This document shows, piece after piece, positions 48,065 to 57,845 of a stretch of 64,000 nucleotides of DNA; within the stretch, counting starts at the first letter, position 1, and each line of letters starts with the position of its first letter. The notes under the pieces are model-generated. The model saw nothing but the letters and a program-made list of their open reading frames with translations. It was not told the DNA's origin and made no database searches. The translations under genes were made by a program, and so were the position numbers. This DNA is from Fimbriimonadia bacterium (GTDB lineage: Bacteria > Armatimonadota > Fimbriimonadia > Fimbriimonadales > JABRVX01), in assembly GCA_041483895.1 (NCBI GenBank), contig JBGPGO010000003.1, positions 32,001-96,000 on the forward strand, read 5' to 3'.

Positions 48065-48557
48065 ACCGGTTGGTTCTCATAATACTGAGATTGATCCTCG
48101 GTTCGCGACCATAATTGCACCCCTACCTGCTCTCTTCTCACGGTTAGTAAATTCCAAACCTGTCAAAGTCGGAAGCGTTCCTAGAAATGCGTCAGATCGC
48201 TGCGTTTACCTCATGAGCGAATCAGGGATCCCACTATATGTCGGAAGAACTCGTAGATTACGCCAGCGGATGCGAAACCATAGTAATGCTTCATCGCAGC
48301 ACAATCAAGCGGTGTTCGCGTTCCGCTTAGCTTGCGAGTCTCTTAGTAAGGGGCCAAGAACATATTCTGGAATTGGTACGAGACGAGCGCTTGCAGAAAA
48401 TCCGGAATTCTCTCGCGTGTTCGGCCTCTCAAAGACTAGAGTTCGTGAAATGGAGCTTCGTTATGTCGAGGTTACTGATCCTTTACATCAAACATTGTTA
48501 GAGATCTATGCTGCGATTGTCTTGCAGACTCCATACAATGATTTTGATACGCACTAA
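48057..48557 (+). CDS. GIY-YIG nuclease family protein
   Basis: CVYL...PLYVGRT..LRQR...H, late conserved E (LLEIYA) and N (YNDF); lower GC. Confidence 0.8.
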   Translation: MNEPVGSHNTEIDPRFATIIAPLPALFSRLVNSKPVKVGSVPRNASDRCVYLMSESGIPLYVGRTRRLRQRMRNHSNASSQHNQAVFAFRLACESLSKGPRTYSGIGTRRALAENPEFSRVFGLSKTRVREMELRYVEVTDPLHQTLLEIYAAIVLQTPYNDFDTH

Positions 48558-49237
48558 GTATCGGTTTCTTGGACAATTCTGAGGCCACCGGAGAATCGAA
48601 AAGCGGTGGCACATGTCTTGTCAATCAATAGGCGCAATCCATTCGTTACTTCCCCAAGCTCGATCAGGAACTGTTTGAAGTCCTCAGTTGAGTCGAAGAT
48701 TGAATGTACCGCTGCTTGCCAAGGTAGAATCCAACGTATCTCCTGCGACTCGTTTCCTTCGATCCGAAGTCCGCGACAAATCGGATCCGGGGCTATTTGA
48801 TTGGATTTGATGTTCGATAGACCGTCAGCAAATGTGCGAACGTCCCAGTGGGCCCCCAACCGATCGCGGATTCGCTTTAGGGTTCCGTACCAGTCGGCGG
48901 TCTCATAATTGTCAAATTTTGACCATTCGACATCTAGTTCCGGTTCTGCAATTCGTAGCTTTCTAAACCATGCCACATACCCTTGCTTCTTGGAATCAGA
49001 AGCACTCTCGCCCATCGTAAAACCTTGAATAGCGGCTGGGAATAACTCCGCCAATAAGGACGTGTTCATCACGAATCTAGGAATGTGGGAGGCATCTATC
49101 CGGGCCTCCGTTACAATCAGTATGCTTTCCATTAGGGCATCTGACATGGCTGCTAGCCGGAGTGCGAAGATAAATTCATCCGTTTGCGTATCGCCATCCC
49201 ATTCTGTTCGATAGGTCTCGTGATCACTCATGCTCAT
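48554..49237 (-). CDS. Helical protein with HEPN-like R-x5-H motif
   Basis: LKRIRDRLGAHWD; lower GC; start probably ATG 49237 or 49231. Confidence 0.5.
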   Translation of the reverse strand: MSMSDHETYRTEWDGDTQTDEFIFALRLAAMSDALMESILIVTEARIDASHIPRFVMNTSLLAELFPAAIQGFTMGESASDSKKQGYVAWFRKLRIAEPELDVEWSKFDNYETADWYGTLKRIRDRLGAHWDVRTFADGLSNIKSNQIAPDPICRGLRIEGNESQEIRWILPWQAAVHSIFDSTEDFKQFLIELGEVTNGLRLLIDKTCATAFRFSGGLRIVQETDT

Positions 49238-49373
49238 TGGTCGGCAGGTGTGGGTGCCGATGCCGCCATGCTGGCTAAACGGCGATGTAGGCGTCCTACT
49301 TGCCTGTGACCCCACTTGCTCATCAACAGAATACCTGCCCTTGAGAATCGTGTCTCGGAGAAGACGAATTACC

Positions 49374-51185
49374 CTACGTGGCGACCGGCGACTCGAACTG
49401 CGCCTCGTACAGCCGCGCGTACGCTCCGCTTTGCCGCAACAGTTCTGAGTGCGTGCCCCGCTCGACGATCCGGCCCTTGTCCAGAACAAGAATGAGGTCC
49501 GCAAGCAAAATAGTGGAGAGCCGGTGCGCGATGGCAAAAGTGGTGCGACCGACCATCAGCTTGCCCAACGCCGCCTGGATCAGCTTTTCCGAATGGGTGT
49601 CGAGCGCCGAAGTTGCCTCGTCCAAAATCAATATTCGCGGGTCCTTCAGAATGGCCCGCGCGATAGCCACTCTCTGCTTTTCCCCGCCGGACAGCTTGTA
49701 TCCCCTTTCGCCGACGATCGTATCGTAACCGTCTGGCAACGACGCAATGTGATCGTGGATCGCCGCGGCCTTCGCCGCGGCGAATAGTTCCTCATCGGTC
49801 GCGTCGGCCTTGCCATATTTCAGGTTTTCCCGCACCGTGTCATGGACCAGATAGGTCTCCTGAGTCACCACGCCGATCATTTCCGCCAACGACGCCAACT
49901 TGATCTCGCGCACATCATGGCCGTCTATCTTCACGCGTCCGGAGTCAACGTCGTACAGCCTTGGGATCAGATATGTGAGGGTTGTTTTGCCGGCGCCCGA
50001 ATAGCCGACCAACGCGACCAGTCGGCCCGCCTTCGCATCGAAGCTGATGTCCGCAAGCGTCGGCTCCTCTTGCTCCGGGCTGTATCGGAACATCACATCT
50101 TCAAACGAAACCTCACCTCGGATTTCGTGCGGATCGAGGGCGACGGCGTTCGGAGAATCCATAATCTCCTGCCTTAAGTCTAGGTATTCGAAGATGCGAT
50201 CGAAAAGGGCGAGACCGCTCATCACCTCGACCTGAACATTCAGCAGCGCGGTCAGCGGGAAGAACAACCGCGATTGCAAAGAGGCGAATGCGACGATGGT
50301 GCCGATGCTCAAGCCGTGATCGCCTTTGATTACGACGATGTATCCCGCCAGCCAGTAGACCAGCACGGGCGTTACCGAAAAGGTCAGTCCGATCAGGGTC
50401 ATAAACGCCCGAATGATGACCGCCATCTGGATCTGGGATCGGGTGAGAGCCTCGTTCTCCTTTTCGAAATGGCGCAAAGCCACCTCGTTCCGGCCAGTGA
50501 TTTTGGTAAGCAGCACGCCGGACACCGACAGCGTTTCCTGCATCGTGGCGTTGAGATCGGCGAGCTGACTCTGCACCCTTTCGCGCACCTTTCGCGCATA
50601 GGCCCCGACTTTGGAACCCAGCCCAGCGAAGATGGGAACCACGCCGACGGACAGGAGCGTCAGCCGCCAGTCGAGATAGAACATGGCAACCAGGGTTGAT
50701 AGAACTATGGTCACGTTGGAGAGAATGTTGGCCGCGGTGTCGCTGACCACCGACTGCACGCCGCCCACATCACTGACCAGCCGCGACTGAATCTCGCCAG
50801 TGCGGGTGTTGGTGAAAAAACGCAGCGACATGCCCTGAAGGTGATCGTAGAGACGGTTTCGCAGGTCCCGCATGATGCGCTGGCCGACGATGGTGCTCAG
50901 ATAGCCATAACCCTGATTGAGCGCCGTGCTTCCGAGGGTGGTGGCCAGGGTCAGAAGCGAAAACTCCACCACGGTGCCAAAGTCGTTGCCGATGAGACCT
51001 TGATTGACGATGGTTCTCAGATAGAACGGCGGGAGAAGGCCTAGCCCCGCCGAGGCAAGAACGGCAATAGCGGTCCAGATGACGTTTTTGAGGTATGGCC
51101 TAAAGAGGCGGACGATGCGCCGGATGGTCTTGCGTTCGATCGGTCGGGAAGCCTCGGGTCCCATCCCGCGCATGATCATGGCCAT
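49374..51185 (-). CDS. ABC transporter, fused permease/ATPase (MsbA-like exporter)
   Basis: TM domain; GYSGAGKTT, LSGGEKQR, ILDEATSALD, IAHRLST. Confidence 0.96.
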   Translation of the reverse strand: MAMIMRGMGPEASRPIERKTIRRIVRLFRPYLKNVIWTAIAVLASAGLGLLPPFYLRTIVNQGLIGNDFGTVVEFSLLTLATTLGSTALNQGYGYLSTIVGQRIMRDLRNRLYDHLQGMSLRFFTNTRTGEIQSRLVSDVGGVQSVVSDTAANILSNVTIVLSTLVAMFYLDWRLTLLSVGVVPIFAGLGSKVGAYARKVRERVQSQLADLNATMQETLSVSGVLLTKITGRNEVALRHFEKENEALTRSQIQMAVIIRAFMTLIGLTFSVTPVLVYWLAGYIVVIKGDHGLSIGTIVAFASLQSRLFFPLTALLNVQVEVMSGLALFDRIFEYLDLRQEIMDSPNAVALDPHEIRGEVSFEDVMFRYSPEQEEPTLADISFDAKAGRLVALVGYSGAGKTTLTYLIPRLYDVDSGRVKIDGHDVREIKLASLAEMIGVVTQETYLVHDTVRENLKYGKADATDEELFAAAKAAAIHDHIASLPDGYDTIVGERGYKLSGGEKQRVAIARAILKDPRILILDEATSALDTHSEKLIQAALGKLMVGRTTFAIAHRLSTILLADLILVLDKGRIVERGTHSELLRQSGAYARLYEAQFESPVAT

Positions 51186-51230
51186 GCCGCATTTTATCCT
51201 GGTTTACCGCTGCAATCGTCCGGTTGGCCC

Positions 51231-51269
51231 AAAAGGCTATCCCTTGACAATGCGATCGTCAAGGGATAG
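51231..51269 (-). terminator. Intrinsic terminator after the TIGR03118 gene
   Basis: 12-bp stem CTATCCCTTGAC/GTCAAGGGATAG, then CCTTTT on the - strand. Confidence 0.6.
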
Positions 51270-51284
51270 GATGTGGGGAAGCAG

Positions 51285-52358
51285 TTAATGTGGTTTGATT
51301 ACACCGAAAATACCGTCCTGCTCCTCATTTGGTCCGGCGGTGAAGTAGAGATAAAACGGATTTCCGCCGAAGAGGCCCGTGCCGAAATGAAGGCCCCAAA
51401 GACCTTCGATATGGATCGGCGAGCCGCTGCTCATGAGCGCTCCAAGCCAATCACCGGTGCTGGGATTGAAGGCGTTGATCTCCCCGTCGCCAAAATTGCC
51501 GATGAGGAGGGCTTTGCTGAATTTGCCGAATCCGGACGGCGCTGAGGCGACTCCCCATGGCGCGTTCAATGCTCCGTGCGAGATCAGCCGCTTCACCATG
51601 ACGCCATTAGTGTCGAAAACATCTACGAAGCCGAGACCGGGGCCGGATTCGTTGTCTTCGGCATTTGCATCCTGCTTGCCGAACGTTATGATTAGCCTGT
51701 CGTGCACCAACTGGATATTGAACGGCGCGTAACCGGCATCCACGGTGGGATCGGTGAACGATCCGACCTTGTTGAAATTCCGATCGAAGACGTCCACCTT
51801 GTTGTTATGGAAGTCCGTCGCGAAGAGATACGCGCCGATGCGGTTTCGCGCAAGGGCCACACCCTTGTAGATCGCGCCATCGGAAGCGGAGAACGCAACA
51901 ATGCTGTTCGCGATGTCGACGAAAGGATTCCAGCCGGAAACGCGGCCATCCTCGCCGACGAAAATCAGCCAGCTCGGGCCGTGAGAGCTACCCTCACTGA
52001 CGGCGAAACCGCCTCCATTATTCAGCACGACGCCGGTCGGCGCACTATCGCCGAACGGGGCGATATTGACCGCGTGCGGAACGATAAAGCTGAACGGCGC
52101 GCCGGAGCCTGTTTGAAATGTCGCGTTCCCAGCATGGTTGTTGGCGATGACGAAGGGCCCGAAGATCGGCGCGACGAGGCCCCAGGGATTGAGTAGATTT
52201 GGATCTATATGGTCCGCGGGCACGATGCCGTCGGATGCCAAATAGCGCACGGAATACTGCGCGGCGGCACCGTTCGCAAAGATGATGAACGCGAGTAGCC
52301 CGACAACGAAAACCGTTAAAGACTTCACAAGCCACCTCCCGAATTGAGAATTTGACAA
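51285..52358 (-). CDS. TIGR03118 family secreted protein
   Basis: DPNL.NPWG, PTGVV.N, F..EDG..SGW, IYKG.A, YAPFNIQ, LNAPWG, LIGNFGDG.IN, GLWGL.FG, LYFTAGP. Confidence 0.9.
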   Translation of the reverse strand: MSNSQFGRWLVKSLTVFVVGLLAFIIFANGAAAQYSVRYLASDGIVPADHIDPNLLNPWGLVAPIFGPFVIANNHAGNATFQTGSGAPFSFIVPHAVNIAPFGDSAPTGVVLNNGGGFAVSEGSSHGPSWLIFVGEDGRVSGWNPFVDIANSIVAFSASDGAIYKGVALARNRIGAYLFATDFHNNKVDVFDRNFNKVGSFTDPTVDAGYAPFNIQLVHDRLIITFGKQDANAEDNESGPGLGFVDVFDTNGVMVKRLISHGALNAPWGVASAPSGFGKFSKALLIGNFGDGEINAFNPSTGDWLGALMSSGSPIHIEGLWGLHFGTGLFGGNPFYLYFTAGPNEEQDGIFGVIKPH

Positions 52359-52433
52359 GTTCGATGTGCGTTCGCGTATCAGAAAAGAGGCGCGCTGGTT
52401 CCGAGGAAATACAGGCTGAGAAATTAGAATCCA

Positions 52434-53462
52434 CTAGGGATTTGGGTGACGCAGAACCCGGCCGTACTCCGCCAGCGGCTGATCGCCATATCGAGCGACG
52501 TATTCGGCATCGATGAAGACGGCGAATGAAGTGACGTGCCGGATGCCGCGCCGGGTGTATTCGTGGAGTTCGCTCTCCAGCGCTTCGGTGTCGAGATCGA
52601 GTTTCTTGGCAGGCTTTTGCCAGGCGGAAAGGGCCGATACATCAAGCCAGTACTCGAGCGCCTGGGCGCCTTCCGTACCGAAGACGGCCAAGTTCTTGTC
52701 CAAAAATTCGAAGACGCGGGCATTTTCGTCCGGCCGGCGATGAAAGGGGTCTTTGAATGAACCGAGGGGAGCGAATTCCAGGAAGATGCCGCTTGCCGGT
52801 TTGATCCTCATCGGCGGTTCCAAAGTCCGTGCGTAGGCAAGATGGGCAAGTTGCGCCTTCGGATTCCATTTTCGCAATGTCGCAATCATCTCGTTCTCAA
52901 CGATCAGCGCCTTGTGGCTTTCGGAAAGGCTTTTGCACTTGGGGCAGAAGCAGCCGGGCAGAGCATCGTCGGTCCAAAAGAAATAGCGGCCGGTCGTCGA
53001 GGGCAGCCCCTGTGCCAACTCGACCGCGTTCTCCGCGACCTCTGTGAGCGCGGCCCTCGAATGGACGCAGAGGTTCATATCCGGAGTGCGATCGCCCTTC
53101 TCGTTCATCCGGTACATCTCGGGGTGCTTCTCGAACAGCGTCCGCGGCAAAAGCTCCCTCATCGCATGGAGTTCGTACTCGACCTGCAGATGCTCCGCCC
53201 GGCACTTCTGTAGAAAGACCACTCCTGCCTCCGCCGCCATGAACTGGCGTACAGCCGAGGGGGAATGCTGGTGATGAATCCCAATCGTATTCAGCCCGGC
53301 CCGCTTGGCGCGCACAGGCCAATCGGTCAGGGACAGGTCGTCCGGCGTTATGACCACTCCTCGGGTTTGCAACATTGGTTCCATTATGATCAGCTCCGGC
53401 GCCAGATAGCTCACGGCGGCAGCTTGGGCGGATAGGGTCAGGAACTCGCGCCGGGTGAGCAT
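52434..53462 (-). CDS. DUF4838-like putative glycoside hydrolase with Tat-like signal
   Basis: TRREFL; HPE.Y, NLC, W.DD....C.C.KC, HLAY..T..PP, LEYW.D. Confidence 0.6.
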   Translation of the reverse strand: MLTRREFLTLSAQAAAVSYLAPELIIMEPMLQTRGVVITPDDLSLTDWPVRAKRAGLNTIGIHHQHSPSAVRQFMAAEAGVVFLQKCRAEHLQVEYELHAMRELLPRTLFEKHPEMYRMNEKGDRTPDMNLCVHSRAALTEVAENAVELAQGLPSTTGRYFFWTDDALPGCFCPKCKSLSESHKALIVENEMIATLRKWNPKAQLAHLAYARTLEPPMRIKPASGIFLEFAPLGSFKDPFHRRPDENARVFEFLDKNLAVFGTEGAQALEYWLDVSALSAWQKPAKKLDLDTEALESELHEYTRRGIRHVTSFAVFIDAEYVARYGDQPLAEYGRVLRHPNP

Positions 53463-53520
53463 GTAATAAACTTCTGGCAACGCCGGTAAACTCCCTGCAG
53501 TAACAAAGCGGGAGGATCAT

Positions 53521-54672
53521 TTGCCCGAAACGGTACCTGTCTTGCCGGCCGCGCCACGCGTGGTCACACTGCCCCTTCGGCGGCAGCTTCTGTTCAATGG
53601 CCTGACGTTTGGCGGCATCATCATGGTTGCGGCCGGACTCTCGGGTATGATCCTGTGCTCCCGATCGTTGCTCACCGACTGGCGGCTGTCACAGCACAAG
53701 GAGGTTGCGGAGGCGGAGATTCTGTCCGTCACCGATCGCGTCGTCAGCTCAAAGTCATCGCACCACACCGTCTACGACCACTACTATCGGTTTCTCGCGA
53801 ACCACGTTGAGCCCATCTTCGGCACGCTCACGCTCCGCTACCGATTACCGGCCAGCGAGTCGCTTGAGGTTGAATACGATCCGGAGCATCCAAAGCTCCG
53901 GCGATTCCCCACCCATACGGACCGCAGCGGCGCCATTGCCGGCATGCTGACGTTTGGCATGATCGTGTTGGTGGGCGTTGGAATTTGGTTTGGCGGCGTG
54001 GCGCGCGGGAAAAAGCGAATTAGCCTGCTGGAGTCCGGGGACGTTACAACCGGAACCATCGAAGAGGTCTATGTTTCGCGGGGGAAAACCGGCAGCTATG
54101 TGCCGCTGGGCAGCTATTTGCAGACGGTGGCGCAGGCGCGGGATCCGGTCTATCAGGCCAAAGTGATGCGCATCGTCGGCTGGGTGCTGCTCGTACTGGG
54201 GTTGGTTATCGGAACCACGATATTGTTGGTCGGCATCAAGAGTCAGAATCCGTCGAGGGCCTTGCTGATAATGCTGCCTCTATTTGTGATGATGGAAATT
54301 GGCGCATGGGCCATATTGCGGGCGGCGACGCGTTCGCGCTCAGGCATGGCGAGGCCGATCCGTTGGGCCGGAATCCCGGTCCGGTACAGCTATTCCGTGG
54401 GTGGCAATCAGTATCGCGGCACGGACAGCGTCCCGTTGACGGATGAGGTGCTTGGCGAGAACGGCAAGCTGCATGTTCTGTTTGATCCCGTCCGGCCGAA
54501 AGCGTGCGCCATGTACGCGTCGCTGCAGCCGCTTCCCACGGTCACCGAAGGCGGCGAATGGGTTGCCGCGTCCGGGACAACGCCGCAATCCCGCCCCATA
54601 GCCGCAGGGCTCATTTTCCTTGTCCCGGCAGTGACGGCATGGCTTTATTACTCTTATCTGATGTCGCGCTAA
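53521..54672 (+). CDS. Membrane protein with DUF3592-like domains
   Basis: Several TM helices; VEYDPEHP and VRYSYSVGG..Y.G...VLFDP..P. Confidence 0.6.
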   Translation: MPETVPVLPAAPRVVTLPLRRQLLFNGLTFGGIIMVAAGLSGMILCSRSLLTDWRLSQHKEVAEAEILSVTDRVVSSKSSHHTVYDHYYRFLANHVEPIFGTLTLRYRLPASESLEVEYDPEHPKLRRFPTHTDRSGAIAGMLTFGMIVLVGVGIWFGGVARGKKRISLLESGDVTTGTIEEVYVSRGKTGSYVPLGSYLQTVAQARDPVYQAKVMRIVGWVLLVLGLVIGTTILLVGIKSQNPSRALLIMLPLFVMMEIGAWAILRAATRSRSGMARPIRWAGIPVRYSYSVGGNQYRGTDSVPLTDEVLGENGKLHVLFDPVRPKACAMYASLQPLPTVTEGGEWVAASGTTPQSRPIAAGLIFLVPAVTAWLYYSYLMSR

Positions 54673-57600
54673 CTACGGATCGCCGATCAGCGCGAAGTAG
54701 GAGAAGATCGTATTGAGATCGATCAAATCGACTTGGCCGTTTTCGTCGACGTCACCGTCGGGCCCCGCGGTCCCAAAATAGCTGAAGACCGTATTGAGAT
54801 CGACCAGATCAACCGAGTTATCATCAACGGTATCCCCATTGATCAAATCGAAGAGCAGTCCTGTGACGTCACCACTTGTAGTATCAAACGGCGTCTTCTT
54901 GCGCAGCCAGTGCGTCTGTTTTATCGCCAAGTCATATGGTCCCGCGACGTCCGGTCCATAGATCGTGAAGTTGCCATTGATATCGAAATATGCCCCAACG
55001 CTCTCGATCACGTTGGTGGTGTCAGGTTCGCGAATCTCGAAAACTCCATATCCGGGCGGAGTGGCGCTGAAGTCCAACCCATTGAAAAGCACTTGACCGC
55101 TGATCGTCGGGGGAAGGCACATGTATTCCCAAGTGTCGTTAAGCGCGCTGCCGATGTAACCGCCAAACATGACGAAGCGATGACGATTGTTGTCGAAATA
55201 TCCTTGGGGCGCGAGCCGAGGATCGGGGCCGAGAATCGAAGTCAACTTCCAGGCGACGCCGTCATATTCCCACGTATCGGACAGGTAATCGTTCGCATCC
55301 ACGCCGCCGAACAGCACTACTTTTCGGCGCAATGAATCATAGCCGATGGAAGAAAAGCGCCGGGCAGGGGGTCCGGGGATTGCCACTTGTGTCCAGGCAA
55401 CACCATCGAATTCCCAAGTATCGTTGTAGTTGGTGCCGTTATTATAGCCGCCGAAAAGAACCAAGACTCCACGATAGGAATCGTAGACCATGGCGCCCGC
55501 ATACCGGCCGGGCGGTCCCGAAATTCCAAGATCGGTCCAGCTTGTGCCATCGTATACCCAAGTGTCATCCATGAACGCGCCGCCATATCCGCCAAACAGA
55601 ACCGTCTGCCCGGTCGCATAATCAAAGGCCATGCAGGGACCGTAGCGCGCGCTTGGACCCGAGACTGAAATCTCCGACCAAGTTGTCCCGTCGAATTCCC
55701 AAGTATCGTTCATCGCCGCTGTGCGAAATCCGCCGAACAGGACCGTTACTCCCCGCCAAGTGTCAGTCGAACAACCCGCATAATAGCGACCGGTTGGCCC
55801 GGTCTGCGTCGCCAACCGCCAAGAGCTTCCAGTCCAAATCCATGTGTCGGTCGGCCAAGAACTTCCGAAATGTCCTCCAAAGACCAATGTGTTTCCGGTT
55901 AGCGGATCGGAAGCCATGCCGTGACCATACCGCGCGGGCGGCTGCGTATCTCCGACCAGTTGCCAATTCGTGCCGTCCCATTCCCATGTTTCACCCAAGA
56001 TTGAGCTCAGACCCGCGCCGCCGTATAGAACCGTTTTGCCGCGCCAGTAGTCATAGGCCATTGAATGGTATGTGATGGTGCTCGGCGCCGTGGCCGGCGC
56101 ATGGGAAGTCCAATCCGAGCCGTCGTATTCCCAAACCTGGGAGTCGACCGTACCCGCGCCGCCATAGAGGACGCAAACGCCACGAGAGGCGTCATACACC
56201 ATTCCATGCCAAATTCGTACCCCCGGTGAGTTTACGGGAGTCGCCTCGGTCCAAATCTGGTTATTGCCGTCCCATTCCCAGGTGTCAGAGTCATTGCCGG
56301 TTGCGGAACTTCCACCCTGCATGACCATCACCTGTCGATTAAGGTCATACGCCATTGCGCAGGCATATCGAGGAGAAGGTCCGGTGTCGCTGACCTGCTG
56401 CCAAGAGCTGCCATCCCACTCCCACGTGTCTCCTAGGTAGTTGCCGTCCGCGTCTAAGCCGCCATAAAGGACCGTCACGCCCCGATACCAGTCGTACGCC
56501 ATGCAGCCGTAATACCTTGCAGGCGGCCCTGTCGATGCGACTTGGGTCCATGTCGTTCCGTCGAACTCCCATGTATCGCCATAAACAATCCCATCTTTAT
56601 AGCCGCCAAAAAGCACTGTCCGATCGCGGCCGTAGTCGTAGGATAAGGTATGTAGTCCGCGCTTGCTGGGTCCCGTGGCATTGAGATTCTTCCAGCCGTA
56701 ACCATCGTACGCCCAGGTTTCTGACAACCATTTGAACCCGTCCCATCCGCCAAAGATCAGTGACCGGCTGCGGGCAAAGTCGAAAGTGCCGCCGCACACT
56801 TCGCGAGGAGTAAGAAGCGCCGGCTGATACCAAGGCGTAAAGCTGTATTCCCATGTTTCATTGAGATAGTTGAATACGCCGTTTACTCCGCCAAAAACCA
56901 CCATCTTGCCCCGCGCCTCGTCGTACACCATCGCCGAACTTGTCCGGCCGGTTGGAACGGTATCCGCTTCCTGCGTCCAATGGTTTCCGTCAAACTCCCA
57001 TGTATCGTCCTTATAGCCGTTCCCATATCCACCAAACATCACTGCATGCTTGCGAATCGAGTCGTACGCCATGACGGGCTCGTATCGCGCGGATGGACCG
57101 GAGGCAACTTCGGTCCATTGCGTTCCATCATAGACCCAGGCGTCCGACATCTGCCCGGTTGCGCCGTACCCACCGAAAATCATCACTTTTCCGTTGCCGA
57201 TGTACGCAGCCCCGTGGGTCCGGCGCGCGGGGGGCCCCGGTATGTCAATGTGCTCCCATTCGTACGTGTTGGGATTCCATTCCCAAGTGTCGTCGCGGTT
57301 CCCTGTGGCATCCTGCCCACCGAACAGAACGATGCGGCCGCGGACCGGATCGTACGTCATCGTATGGCCCCACCGTGCGCTGGGGCCGGAGGCAAAGATG
57401 GAGATGTACCAATTGTTAGTGCCCGCGTCGTAGAACCAGGTGTCACCCAGTCTTGTAAAACCGTGCGCGCCTCCAAACATCACCGTGAATCCATGATATG
57501 GGTCAAAGGCCATTGCATGACCGCTTCGCTGCCCGGGATTGGAACCGGTCTTCTGCAGCCAAGTTGATCCATTGTAGACCCAGGTCTGGTCGTTGTCTAC

Positions 57601-57795
57601 GCCGGAAACGGTGCCTCCGTAGAGAACGGAGAGCTGTTGGTAGGGATCGTAAGCCATCGCGTGACCGACACGCGCGGATGGTCCCGATATGGAAATCTGT
57701 TTCCACGTTCCGGTGCCGCATTTCTGGGCAATTGAAACCGAGAACAAGGTGACGAAAGCAACAACTAGAATGGTGGGGAGCGTCTTGCGGTGCAT
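54673..57795 (-). CDS. Secreted Kelch-repeat protein (18 repeats) with C-terminal dockerin-like module
   Basis: 18 repeats of P..R..(H).M.YD......LFGG......DTWE.DG..W; tail NGD..DNSVDLVDLN...DGDVD.NG.VDL.DLN. Confidence 0.9.
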   Translation of the reverse strand: MHRKTLPTILVVAFVTLFSVSIAQKCGTGTWKQISISGPSARVGHAMAYDPYQQLSVLYGGTVSGVDNDQTWVYNGSTWLQKTGSNPGQRSGHAMAFDPYHGFTVMFGGAHGFTRLGDTWFYDAGTNNWYISIFASGPSARWGHTMTYDPVRGRIVLFGGQDATGNRDDTWEWNPNTYEWEHIDIPGPPARRTHGAAYIGNGKVMIFGGYGATGQMSDAWVYDGTQWTEVASGPSARYEPVMAYDSIRKHAVMFGGYGNGYKDDTWEFDGNHWTQEADTVPTGRTSSAMVYDEARGKMVVFGGVNGVFNYLNETWEYSFTPWYQPALLTPREVCGGTFDFARSRSLIFGGWDGFKWLSETWAYDGYGWKNLNATGPSKRGLHTLSYDYGRDRTVLFGGYKDGIVYGDTWEFDGTTWTQVASTGPPARYYGCMAYDWYRGVTVLYGGLDADGNYLGDTWEWDGSSWQQVSDTGPSPRYACAMAYDLNRQVMVMQGGSSATGNDSDTWEWDGNNQIWTEATPVNSPGVRIWHGMVYDASRGVCVLYGGAGTVDSQVWEYDGSDWTSHAPATAPSTITYHSMAYDYWRGKTVLYGGAGLSSILGETWEWDGTNWQLVGDTQPPARYGHGMASDPLTGNTLVFGGHFGSSWPTDTWIWTGSSWRLATQTGPTGRYYAGCSTDTWRGVTVLFGGFRTAAMNDTWEFDGTTWSEISVSGPSARYGPCMAFDYATGQTVLFGGYGGAFMDDTWVYDGTSWTDLGISGPPGRYAGAMVYDSYRGVLVLFGGYNNGTNYNDTWEFDGVAWTQVAIPGPPARRFSSIGYDSLRRKVVLFGGVDANDYLSDTWEYDGVAWKLTSILGPDPRLAPQGYFDNNRHRFVMFGGYIGSALNDTWEYMCLPPTISGQVLFNGLDFSATPPGYGVFEIREPDTTNVIESVGAYFDINGNFTIYGPDVAGPYDLAIKQTHWLRKKTPFDTTSGDVTGLLFDLINGDTVDDNSVDLVDLNTVFSYFGTAGPDGDVDENGQVDLIDLNTIFSYFALIGDP

Positions 57796-57845
57796 ACAAT
57801 CTCCTTTGCCCGCACGGGCCGCTCATTATACACCGGAAATCACAT

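Noticed and set aside
49238..49537. N-terminal extension of ORF 48554..49537
   Set aside because: It overlaps the ABC gene end in another frame; the composition shift supports a start near 49237.
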